A stretch of 64,000 nucleotides of DNA from Octopus sinensis. Its lineage: Eukaryota. The notes beneath the pieces were generated by a model. It had not been told where the DNA came from. It worked only from the letters and a program-made list of their open reading frames with translations, and ran no database searches. The DNA lies in contig NW_021835481.1 of the NCBI RefSeq assembly GCF_006345805.1, forward strand, positions 5,022 through 69,021. The letters run 5' to 3'. Shown piece by piece: positions 49,074 to 61,020 of the stretch; within the stretch, counting starts at the first letter, position 1; each line of letters starts with the position of its first letter. The translations under genes and the position numbers were made by a program.

Positions 49074-51030
49074 TGCATTTAATGTTTCTGAAAAGAAAGT
49101 GGCTTGGAGAAGCTATTATGAAAGACTGCTGAATGTAGAGAATGAATGAGGAGAAGAGCCTGCCAAATGTTAACCCAGTAGAAGGACCAGCTATCTGAAT
49201 AGACAGCTCCCTAGTAGATAAAGCAATTAAGGGTATAAGAAAAAGCCCCGGCCTATCAGGAATCACTGCTGAGATGTTTAAAACATCTGGTGGAGTGGGC
49301 TATGGCCTAGTCACATGCATTGTAAACCAGGTAGTTCATAATGGAGCCATGCCCAATGACTGGCGTAGCAGCACCATAGTCAACTGCTACAAAGGTAAAG
49401 GTGATGCTCTAGATAGAAATAACTACAAGGGTATTAAACTGCTGGTTCAGGTGATGACTGTCACAGAGAGGGTCATAGCCCATCTCATTAGGGAGAGAGT
49501 CTGCTTAGATGAGATGCAGTTCGGTTTTGTTCTGGGCAGAAGCACCACTGATGACATATTCCTGGTTTAACAACTGCAGGAGAAATACCTAGCTGAAGAT
49601 AAACCCCTGTACTTAGCTTTTGTGGACTTGGAGAAAGCCTTTGACAGGGTTCCCCAATCCCTTATCTGGTGGGCAATGTGGAAATTGGAGATTGACAAAT
49701 GGTTAATAAGGGCTGTACAGGCCCTATACCGAGAGGCTGTTAGTAAGGTTACGATTAGCAACGAGTATAGTAAAGAATTCCGGGTAGAAGTAGGGATCCA
49801 CCAAGGTTCAGCCCTCAGTCCCTTTTATTCATCATAGTCCTCTAGGCAATAACAGAGGAATTCAAGACAGGTTGCCCCTGGGAACTCCTCCATGCTGATG
49901 ACCTGGCCCTCATAGCAGAATCACTACCAGAACTAGAAAAGAAATTTCGGCTATGGAAGCAAGGTTTCAAATCAAAAGGCCTTAGAGTCAATGTATCAAA
50001 GACTAAAGTTATAGTAAGTAGGAAGGCAAACTCATCACACACCCCCTCAATCTGTAGAAAAGGTGTTGGTAGAAACTCCATAAGATGTACCCAGTGTAAG
50101 CTATGGATGCATAAGAGGTGCAGCAACGTCAGAGGAAAATTAACCGAGAGATAGCTTTTGTGTGCTGCAGATGCACAGGGGCAATAGACACCACAGATAC
50201 TCAGAAAACAAATTCCATCACACTCCAGGGAGAGAAACTAGAAGTAGTTGATAGTTTCCCGCTACCTAGGTGACCAAGTTAGTAGTGGAGGTGGATGCTC
50301 ATAGAGTGTTCACCCCTACTAGTGACAAAGGGTCTCGCTCAGAGTGAAAGGTAGATTGTACGACACATGTGTGTTAACTACAATGCTTCATGGTAGTGAA
50401 ACATAGGCTGTGACTGCAGAGGACATGCATTGGCTTGAAAGAAATGAAGCTAGCATGATCCGCTGGATGTGTAATGTCAGTGTTCACACATGACAGAGTG
50501 TAAGTGCCCTGAGAGAAATACTGGACATAAGAAGCATTGGATGTGGCGTGCAAGAGAGACTTTTGCACTGGTATGGTCATGTACTAAAGATGGATGAGGA
50601 AAGATGTTTGAAGAAATGCCACTCTCAAACAGTTGAAGGAATCCAGGGTAGAGGTAGACCCAAAAAGACATGGGATGAGGTGGTCAAGCAGGACCTTCGA
50701 ACGTTGGGCCTCACAGAGGCAATGACAAAATACCGAGAACTCTGGAGGCATGCTGTGACTGTGAAAACCGACAAATAACTTGAGTTCATGGCTGTCTCCT
50801 GCACCAGCTTCACATAGCAGCCCCAGCCCATCCAAAGTACCGTGGATCACAGGACGACCTTGTGCTTATCTTGGATTGTCGGGTGGCCTGCTGTGCTTGC
50901 GGAGGCCTATTGAGTCAAGTACATCAACATCAAATAAAAATCAAATGGAAATTGTAGTTGTGATACCTGTGCTGGTGTCACGTAAAAAGCACCATCCGAA
51001 GCTTGACTGGCTTCCATGCCGGTGGCACAT
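49074..51030 (+). mobile_element. RTE LINE fragment nested in Helitron 1
   Basis: AWRSYYERLLNVENE, DEMQFGFVLGRSTT, DLEKAFDRVP and LHWYGHV; partial 3' UTR. Confidence 0.9.
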
Positions 51031-51429
51031 TTAAAAATTTCGTATGTGAAAATTGTGTGAGCTTTATCTAAAAATTTGCCTGGAGTGTTTCATGGTAAAT
51101 TTGAGAGTAAAAAAAAAATGTTTTCCATATTCTTAATCTCCTTATTTTTCCACATACATTGAAAAATAGATGGTGAAAAGATCAATGGGTATGGGGTGTG
51201 AAATTTCAGAAGCTTCCACTACAGCCCACCCTGTTTTTTAGACCACAAAAAGGGTTTTGTAGCATATTAGGTGGCCTTGGTAGTTGATTCCAAGCAAAAA
51301 ATCAATTTTTTTTACTTAGTGAAAGTCGTGCAAGTGTTAGTCTAAAATTTAATTCAAAACCTTTTCCATTCATTTCTTTATGAAATTCTCTGTATGTAAT
51401 TTTGCTTTCTTGATGGTCAAGGCAAATGA

Positions 51430-52910
51430 TGACTGGCAAAGCAACAGTGCCCTAATGCTGACATCGGATACAATGACCTGATCTACAATAATGCGCTGAT
51501 TGAAATCAAGGATGCCCTGCTCAGGATGGGTGGGGCAGCGTTGAACACATTCTGTTTGCCATCCTCATTGCGACAGGACGTTAACACACTCCCACCAAAG
51601 TTACATCTGGACTTGTCGTATGACGCTGATGGCCTTGCAGAGTACCTGAGAGTAAATGAACCAAAATTGCTGCCTGATCAGAGGCTAGTGTACGAAACTG
51701 TCGTCAGTGCCATTGAAAAACAGGTGGGCGGCATTTTTTTCCTCAATGCTGCTAGAGGTACCAGAAAATCCTTTGTAACACAATTAATACTTGCTAATAT
51801 TCATTGCAAGAAACAAATGCACTAGCAGTTGCTTCCTCGGGAATCGCTGCTACGTTATTGCCGGTAGGTAGAACGGTGCACTCGGTATTCAGGCTGCCTT
51901 TACATTTGGTGAGGGCCGAGGTTCCTACTTGCAAGATTGGCAAAATTTCAGAGGAAGCTGAAGTCCTTAGTACCATCTCATTGTATGGGACAAATGCACA
52001 ATGACAAGTAAGGGTGCCCTTGAGGCACTGGACCAGTCACTGAAAGGTATTAGGGATTCTACAGCTTCTATGAGTGGTGTAACTCTATTACTTTCAGGAG
52101 ATTTGTGGCAAACACTTCCTGTCATCCCTAAAGGGAGCCAGGCTGATGAAGTGCGTTTATGCCTTAAGTCATCGATGATGTGGCTCCAGGTTAAGACCTT
52201 AAGCCTAAGCGCAACATGTGTGCACACTTGCTTGGAGATAGCATGTCTGCAGCATTTGCTGAAGTCATTTTAACCCTTGGAGAAGGCAAGGTCCCTAGGA
52301 GTTATAGGGGTGACATATCCATCTCTGAACTGTGCAACACTGTGGACAACCCTTCTGATCTTTGGAAACAGTGTTCCCCAATCTGGAAAGTAATTATGCA
52401 GACATCAATTGGCTCAGTGAAAGAACCATCCTGGCCCCCAAAAACGTAGCTGTCAGTGCTGTCAACGACCAGCTCATAAGCCGAATTCCAGGTGAGGAGT
52501 GCATCTACAAATCAATTGACCAGATCTCTGACCCCCAAGACATTGCCATTTACTCTATCGAGTTTCTCAACTCATTGGAGCCAACATGGCTTCCACTCAC
52601 ATTCTTAGGCTAAGGGTTGGATGCCCAATTATGCTAATTAGAAACTTGCTTCCACCTAAACAGTGCAAAGGGACCTGCTTAGTAATCAAGTATCTGACGC
52701 CCCACTTGACTGAGGCCACCATTGTTACAGGGTGCTGGAGGGGTGAAAATATTTTCATTTCAAGGATGCAGCTTTATCCCTCAGGGTCAGACATGCCATT
52801 TAACCTCCTCAGATCGCAGTTCCCAGTGAGATCATGCTTCGCCATGTCCATCAACAAATCCCAAGGCCAAACACTATTGGTGGCAGGCATCCATTTGGGG
52901 TTTTCCATTC
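51430..52910 (+). pseudogene. Helitron PIF1-like helicase pseudogene
   Basis: DQRLVYETV..IFFLNAARGTRKSF (decayed Walker A), VASSGIAATLLPVGRTVHS, GDLWQTLPV, WLSERTILAPKN and FAMSINKSQGQTL; multiple frameshifts. Confidence 0.92.
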
Positions 52911-53536
52911 AATCAGGATAAAAAATTGATGAACCAATTCCTTATAGGATTTCCTACTAAAATTGGCTACACCCCATTTTCAACCATAACTTTCACATAT
53001 TTTGACATATTTTCCCCAAACTTGATGCCAGCATTACTTAGGACCCATGGAATCTTTGAATACTGTAAGTTCTCAAAAAAAATAAATAAACAATCGCTGA
53101 ATGGAAATAATCGATAAACCAATTCCTTATGGGATTTCATAATCAAATTGCCTGCAACCCATTTTCAGCCAATAGTATACCAATTTCAATGGATTTTGCT
53201 CAAATTTGATGTCGGTGTCACTTATTTTGGTTTGAAATAGAGTGTTTGATCACTTTATAATCCTAACTTAATTCCGGGCAACACCGAGCTATACTACTAG
53301 TAAAATATATAATAAAATAACATAAATAAGTAGGCAGAAATAATGAATGAATTAATTAATTATAAATAAAAATAACCACATAAGCAAATTTATTTCACTT
53401 TTATAGTTTTATTTATTCTTTACTCCTTATTTCTCCTTACTTATTTACCTTATTTTATTTTATTTATTATGTTGTATAAATACCAACAATGTTATCCATG
53501 TATACATATACACATAATATAATCCATCTATGCATA

Positions 53537-53854
53537 GTAAAGGCACGTGGCTTAGTGGTTAGGGCATTCAGCTCATGATCATAAGATCATAAGTTCAATT
53601 CCTGGTGATGCATTGTGTCCTTGAGCAAGACACATTATTTCACGTTGCTCCAGTTCACTCAGCTGGCAAAATGAGTAGCACCTGTATTTCAAAGGGCCAG
53701 CCATGTCATGCTGAATCTCCTTGAGAACTATGTTAAGGGTACACATGTCTGTGGAGTGCTCAGCCACTTGCACATTAATTTCATGAGCAAGCTGTCCTGT
53801 CGATCATATCAGCTAGGACCTTTGTCATCATAACCAATGGAGTGCTCCTCAATG
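53537..53854 (+). mobile_element. tRNA-derived SINE, family 3, with a 17-bp TSD
   Basis: A-box ggcttagtggttagg, B-box agttcaattcc and core tgtgtccttgagcaagacac. TSD is taatccat(c/g)tatgcata at 53520-53536 and 53855-53871. Confidence 0.85.
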
Positions 53855-54534
53855 TAATCCATGTATGCATATACACACAGATGTATACTTGTGCATGAAT
53901 TCCCACATAAACTTTCCCTTTATTTCTAATTTTTATTCTTATCTTATTTATTCTATATTCATTATTTCTGCTGCCTTATCTAATTTTATTACTAGCTGAA
54001 ATACCTACTGTTGCCCAGGTTTAAGAAAATAATGAAATTTAAAAATACCTTTTAGATCTCTAACATGAAACATAGACTACACTGGTCTTACCTCCTAGTA
54101 GCTGAGGTACCAACGTTATACATTAATAACCTGCCAGGTTATTGGAAATAATGAAATTTAAATATGCCTTTTAAATCCCTAACTAAAATGAAACCTGGAT
54201 TATGCAGTTCTCAACAGTAATTAGCTGAGGTACAAACTATTAATGTCAATAACATGTTTTATCCAATGTTTTCACTGTTAGAACTGTTAAAGACCAGGTA
54301 GTTCTTTGTCTTTGCAATCACCTTCAATTATCAGTACTTATTTGAAATGCATTGAACCTGAAAGTGCATAAATTTGAGAAGAACCAGTCTGCAGGCACTC
54401 TCCTCCTGTTAATAAGAATTTTAATAAAAATTCTATGTGATGATGTGTGAGTATAAACAAATGTATTGAAACAAATCCAGCAATCAGTCACAGTTTAATT
54501 ATCTAGAGCTTCTAAATGATGTTTAGAGTGTGTC

Positions 54535-55114
54535 CTGTAATTGGTGTATAAATGAAAAGATTTTGGGGACTTCCAACCTGCGAACATCCTACATATAATT
54601 GCCCATGCGAGAAGCAAGGTGAAGTTCAACAAGAGAGGCTGTCCTTATTTATTAACATAGTGAAACTTAGTTTCACTGGGAGCTGGAACCATTCAAAGGG
54701 GATGTCATGTGGGATTAACAGGATCTGTGGAATGAAGACATCCTCACCCTTATAGTTCCTAGTCATAATTATTGCTTCCGGGACATGGAATCACATCACT
54801 TTCACCACCAGTCAGGTGCCATTGCACAGTCGAGGTGATTCCAGATTCCTGAGCAGCATGATTGGGGCCTCCTTTTTAAGTGTTAAGTGATGAGGTAGCA
54901 TCTCAGATGGCTGTAGAGAGTTCAAGAACTTAGTTTGAAAGACTGTTATTGTCCAGGCAACAGCTACAAGAGATCCCAGTCGATTTTGTTAATAGCATCA
55001 TTACATGGTACTAAGATGGCTCGCTCACAGAGCCATTGACTGTTGCTAAAGTTTTGTGCAGTGTTTGGGAGCACATGCATTATGAGATCATTGACAGTTG
55101 GTACCATCTCACCA
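54535..55114 (-). pseudogene. Second Helitron helicase C-terminal pseudogene
   Basis: WLCERAILVPCN, FLNSLQPSEMLPHHLTLK..PIMLLRNL..PRLCNGT and CFSHGQLYVGCS. Confidence 0.88.
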
Positions 55115-56464
55115 CAGGCTTTCTGCCCCTCCCCACCAACTTTGGATGATGATAACTTTCAGAAAAATGGATATTTTAATGAAATTTTTAATGAATATGT
55201 GTTATATCATGTAGATTCCCAACATACAAATTGGGGGGGAAAAGTATTTTAGCAGGGGTTGGAGGAGGACTTTCGGAAAATTCACCGGAATCCACTTGAA
55301 TTTGTCTTAACTTTAGAAAATGGATATTTTTAATACAAATATACCTTGAAGTATGTAGATTCCATCCATATAGGATTTGGGAGGAAACAATTGGGATTAT
55401 TTTTGTGAACTATTCCCCACTGGAGGATGTTTCAGAACAAGTTATCCATATTTGTTTCTGTTTCTCCGTTTTGTGGTTTGTGCACCTGTATATAACCCTT
55501 AACCCTAGTTGTAAAATTCAAGAAAAAATTGAAAAGTTAAGGAGTGGTGTATTAAAAAGTCTAAAAGTAGATTTTTTGCATATTCAGAATCTCCATTGGA
55601 GACAAGGTGGGAATACAAAGAAAAAACAAAAGCACAAAAGGGTAGCATGCTTATTTTCAGTGTCTCACACACACACATATAATGAAAAAGATCAAATGAG
55701 GAATTTCCATCAGTATCATGTTTATTTTAGAGATTATGTAACAAATTATACTTACACTTCTATATTTACTGTTTGCATTTATAAACTAGAGAAGTAAAAA
55801 CTGGAGTTCCTGATGATGTCTGAGTAATATTAAAGGACTGTTGTGGTAGCAGACCACGAATGGTTTGTAATTCCTTCCTATTTTGCTCTGATGTCTTCTC
55901 CCTTTCTATGTAGAACCATTTACCTGGAATTTACTTCGAGTGAAAAAAAAAATGTATGCAATAGATAAGTCATGTTAGAAGCATATATTGTGTACCATAC
56001 GTTCAGCTGTTATTTTTAGCATGAGTTTTCTGATGAGGGGTTCATTTGCTTTCACTGCCTGTTGCTTCAGTAGAAATCTATGGATGCACAAATGCACAAA
56101 AGAGAGAAAATGTAACAAATACGGATGAGTTGTTCCAAAACACCTCCGAATGAGGAACAGTACTCAAAAATAATCCCCAATTGTTTCCCCCATCCCAAAA
56201 TTCCTATATGTACATATAGGATTTCCCACAAAATCCTATATGTACATAGTCCAAGGTATATTTGTCAACAATTTCATTTTAAAATATTCATTTTCGTGAA
56301 AGTTAAGCAGATTGAAGAGGACTCCAGTGAACACTTCCCCCAACAAATTTTATATATTCAGAATCTACATGATATAGAACATATTCGTAGAAAATTTCAT
56401 TAAAAAATATCCATTTTTCTTAAAGTTATGATCATCCAAAGTCTCTGAGGGTTGCAGAAATCTG
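55115..56464. mobile_element. Foldback/MITE-like element with long subrepeated inverted termini, inside Helitron 2
   Basis: 55115-55250 vs 56330-56464 and 55360-55460 vs 56100-56200 are reverse complements; no TSD was identified. Confidence 0.7.
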
Positions 56465-57330
56465 TAATTATGCCCTGTTGACAATTGATCAATTAAATGA
56501 AATCTCCATATGAAATTTTTTTTCTCTTACACACACACACACACACACACACTCACATAAGTATATATCTTACACAAATAGAAAGCCGGAGAAGAAAATA
56601 TACAATGTAAGTAACTTTAGAATTTGTTTTTTATCTGAAATCGTCACAACTGTAATGATGTATGCATACGTGTGTGTGTGTGTGTGTGTAAATAGCTGTT
56701 TACTTAGTTACTATGTTGACATTGACAATACAATTAAGTGAAAGTGTTAATAAGTTGATTTGCATCAAGAATAATCACATGGGATTTAAATGTGAAATAT
56801 CAAGTCTTAATAAAGCCACTTGTTCCCAAAATGGCCAAAATATGTTTTGGAAAATTAATGTACAGTATATAGTACCTCATTTAATTAACTGAAAAAATGG
56901 TGTCTGTCTCCGTATGAAATTATTTTTCTGACATGAAAGTACCTTTAGAAATTCTTTTTGTCAGAAATCATCACAACTGTAATGATGTATACATACATGT
57001 GTGTTAGGACATCAAAGACAGGAAGTTCAAGCACAGGAAGTTAAGAAAACGATTTGAACAAGTGAATCTTTTCTATAGAGCAATATTATTTATTTTAAAA
57101 AACAAAAAATAAATCAAGATTACATTATTCTTTCCAAGGTCAAATTATTCATGTACCCCAAGTATGGTACAAATTAATTCAGAACTTTGAGCATGCATTG
57201 AGGACACACACAGACAGGGTATTTTTTTTATATTAAGATATTATATATTTTAATTATCTACTTCTACTCTTATATAATTTAATTGATTATTATCATTATT
57301 AAATTTAAATATAAATATGAATATTAAACA

Positions 57331-58310
57331 AGAGCAGAAATCTCCACCAAGGCAACACTAACATCCTCTCAATGATTAACTGGAGAGGATTTTTAAAATG
57401 AGAATATCTGAAATAAACTCAACTGCTCTCACAAACGAGAATACTAAAAATGAACCTGACTGCTCTCAAAAATTAAGTAAAAAACACGGAAAATTAATCC
57501 AGAATCCTTATCCACTATCTGATCCATCCCAATGGTAGTCATGGAATGTGAAGGTGGGTGTGTGGGGCCATATTTGTAATGCTGCATGTGTGTCGTCTGC
57601 ATTGGGAACAGGAACAGTTTTCTCTATGAAAGCCTTTTTTAGTCTATCCACTAATATAGTGTCTTAATGACCATTAAAGTCTATAGTGAAATATTTATCC
57701 ATGTGTGAAAGAAAATGGAAAGGACCTGCATACAGTGCTGTTAACGGAGGTTTAACAACATCGTTGCACACAAAAATGTGAGTTCAAGAAGTAAAGCTTC
57801 CTTCAAGGCAGAGCTAGAAATGCAATTGCCAAGTAGGTAAGAGGTTTTGAACAGGAGCTATATATTCAAAATTGGTAAAACTAAAAATTATCAAGGATAA
57901 ATTAAATTTATTATTGTTACTAAATATTTTAGTGTTATTTAATTTCTGAGCAGTTTTGCTGCCATTTGTTTATGTAGTTTGATTTCTTTGTCCATCAGTT
58001 TCTACTAAGATAGAGATGTGTGTAAAATTAATATTAGAGAAACAAAATAATACTTTGGAAGCAACAACACTGTCATAACTTATGTGGAAACCATGGGTGT
58101 GCTTTCAAGGGAGATGATCAGAGAAAGACTTAAAATTCAGTGTAAGATCGTAATACTTAAGTAAATATAACAAATAATCTAGAATCCTTGTCCAGTACCA
58201 GATTGATCCCAAAATCTAATCAGTTTATGCTAGCCATGAGGCCAAGCATCCCTGAAAGTTTCATCTGAATTCATATGGTTGTTCTTGAGATATCTTGTCC
58301 ACCAGCTTTG
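57331..58310 (+). repeat. Two fragments of an unclassified interspersed repeat
   Basis: aat.cagaatcctt.tcca.tac..gat..atccc occurs at ~57495 and ~58180. Confidence 0.4.
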
Positions 58311-58569
58311 ATTTTAGTTTCACTCATGCTAGAAACAAATTTTTCACTGAGATATTTGAATCCTTCATTGTCTACATTCATGGCCGTAACAAAATTCTTA
58401 AACAAGCCAAATTTAATGTGTAAGGGATGAAGGAAAATTTTCTGAAGGTCAACTAAAGGGATATATATTTAATGTCATATCTCCCTGGAGTGAATTCTCT
58501 TCACTTTGGCCACTGTTTTTGATTATAGTGATGCTTGTCATCTCTGCTGTTCTAAAGGCACAAAAAGCA

Positions 58570-59381
58570 CTAACGCTTTACATACCTCATTTGCAACCCA
58601 AGAAGCAAACCAATAACTTTCAAGTCCCTGCATATATTCCACTTGTGTTCAGAATATTTAATCAAGTGCAAAATTTTATCCATTGATTCATACATTTCCT
58701 TTAATCCTACATGCAATGAATTAATGCAATTCTGTATGCCGTTTTGAAAGTACGAATATTTTATAACATGGTGTAAAAGATTCCATTGTTTCAACCTGGA
58801 GCCCAGTAGTTCTGACTTTTCTTTTGTTAAACCCAAGTCTCTAACTAAATCATTTAACTCAAGTGGACTCAATAAATACAGAACTTTTTTCGAAGATCCT
58901 GGTTCATCACAGTGATCTGCGGTATCACTTGACATGCCTTCAATTGAAGTAGATGCAGTATTTTCTTCATTTAAACTATCTTTGTCAAAAGATGAAGGAG
59001 GTTCTGGAATTGGAATATTTTCAGCAGCATGAGAAACTGGTTTTAAAGCTGAAGAGCAATCTCGACAAACAAATCTTGGATTTGTTCTCCCTAGAGAAAC
59101 CTGTGATATTAGTTAAGCAGAAATAACAATTGGTATAGTGGTTTGTTGGTTTGCGCATACTTTTCCGTTTATCTTTCAACCATTGGGTTAGAGCTATGTA
59201 GCAGCTTTTGCAACAAAGAGGAGGTGCCCACAGTTTATCTTGGTCCCCAACTTTGGACCCAAAGTAAAGCTTGTAAGCATTTTAAAATTTTGTTGTAAGC
59301 TTATTTCTCTGATCTTTTGATGTAAATTTTCCACACATAACAAAAGCTGTCCTGGGGATTAGCACAAACTTGTCTCCTCAT
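58570..59381 (-). mobile_element. DNA transposase N-terminal remnant, probably CMC-Chapaev3-like
   Basis: MRRQVCANPQDSFCYV...YFGSKVGDQDKLWAP..CCKSC...NHYTNCYFC, ELNDLVRDLGLTKEKSELLGSRLKQWNLL and WNICRDLKVIGLLLG. The superfamily name comes from recall of the motif and needs confirming. Confidence 0.7.
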
Positions 59382-60362
59382 CAAAAATAAACAGAAATAA
59401 CCTAAATCAACACTCAATGAAGACTATCAGTAAACTAAAATATAAAATAAATCAAATGTAAATGTTACTGTAAAACATCAAAATATATTTCTCAAAAAAA
59501 TCATTGAAATTATTATAGAATGTACTGAAGCTATGGCTATCATGAAACAATTTTTTCCATCTCTAAATTTTAAGGATTGATCACTTTAATAAATAACTAA
59601 ACTTTCTACTAAACTGCTTTTCATGTAACCTGGCTCTCTTATTTGATGTACTTTGTTTTAACAGCACTAACAGTTATCAAGGAAAGGGTGTCTGAGTGGC
59701 TTTCTATAACTTAATATCAATAGCCTTTTGTGAGGAGAACTTTACTATAATTACAGCAATAACAAAGTAAAATAAATTCTCATCTTGTGTGACAATTTAA
59801 CAGGTAGCCTACATTTAACCTCTATTAGCACTTATTTTTATTTCCGTGATGAGTATATGAATGAAAATTGAAAGCAAATAGCCTACTACTTTGTCAATAT
59901 TATCAATTGGTTGGAAAATCTGATGCTGTGAATAACTAAAAAAGCTACACTTGCTGTCTGAAAACTGATGTCAGATTCAGATTCAGTACCTTAAAATTAC
60001 CCTAAATCATCTGAAAAAGTTTAAATAGCATGACAGTTTTTTTTTTTTGCCCAATGATATTGTTATTAGTAATACTGAATTAAAAAAATGAATGAATATT
60101 TTTAACAATGCATGCACACACACTTACACATTGTAAACATAAATATATATTCTGTGTATAAATTGAATATTCCATCAAATCACTATGTAGTCCTTATATG
60201 TAACCTGAAGATTTTCACCAAAGGTATTTAAAATGAAAATTTTATTTATATTTGTATATGTCTTGTAATTTTGACTTCATGAAATGAAACAATTGTAGGT
60301 GATGGTATTGATTAATTAATAAATTCATTTATATTCAATTCATTTCCATTTTCTAATTATCA

Positions 60363-60399
<37 letters not shown>

Positions 60400-61020
60400 A
60401 TATATATAAATAAATAAGATATTCAGTGATCTGGATGGTTGTACATATACAAATATTTATTAAAGTGTGAAATGTTTTTACAAATCACATATAAGCACTT
60501 TCATCTACTCTAATAGATTTTTCAGATTTAAATTTTGTGAAGGGATTTATCTATTTTTATAGTATTAGTGAATAGGTTGGGGTGGAGAGGGAGAGGGGAG
60601 AAAGAAGAATAATGTGGAGGGAGGGAAAAACTGAGAATGTTTGTGTGTGTGTGTGTGTGCTCCTGTATCTGAAAGGAAGCTTTTGAACAAGAGACAAAGA
60701 AAAAGAATATATATTTTTAAGTAGGTGGCTAGGACAGATGCTTACTTTGGTTCTGCCAGCTCACCAGGTTTTTTGAAAGAAAAATGTTTTCAAAGTGAAA
60801 AAATGTGTTTTTTCTTAGTGTCAATGGAAAAGAGAAGGAAAGAAAGGAAGGAAGAAAGAAGAAAAAATGTGTTTATATCTATACAGTTGGTCAGTTCTTT
60901 CAATAGATGATGACAAGTTGATTCTTGGTCTGTAAAAATGCCAAGACCAGGTGGTTACTGTAAGTTTCATTTTTGGATTTGGTTTGCAAGATTCTTTATA
61001 TGAGTTCATGTGTTGAAGCA

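Larger units (their letters stand above)
48396..53300 (+). mobile_element. Helitron 1 (Rep-less deletion derivative with a PIF1 helicase remnant)
   Basis: 5' A|TCTGTATATAAAAATG and 3' ccgggcaacaccgagctatactaCTAG|T. The flanks rejoin to match the empty site at ~47375-47410, with no TSD. Confidence 0.85.
53992..57238 (-). mobile_element. Helitron 2 (deletion derivative)
   Basis: Minus-strand 5' A|TCTTAATATAAAAAAAAATACCCTGTCTGTGTGTG and 3' cctgggcaacagtaggtatttcagCTAG|T. The flanks rejoin to the reverse complement of 47100-47230. Confidence 0.85.

Noticed and set aside
57700-57777. Candidate exon ending at a GTGAGT donor (SAVNGG resembles an Ig F-G strand)
   Set aside because: There is no Cys at the expected place, the phase-1 frame has a stop, and there is no convincing polypyrimidine acceptor.
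60889-60960. Candidate exon with AG acceptors and a GTAAGT donor
   Set aside because: All three frames contain stops between the acceptors and the donor.
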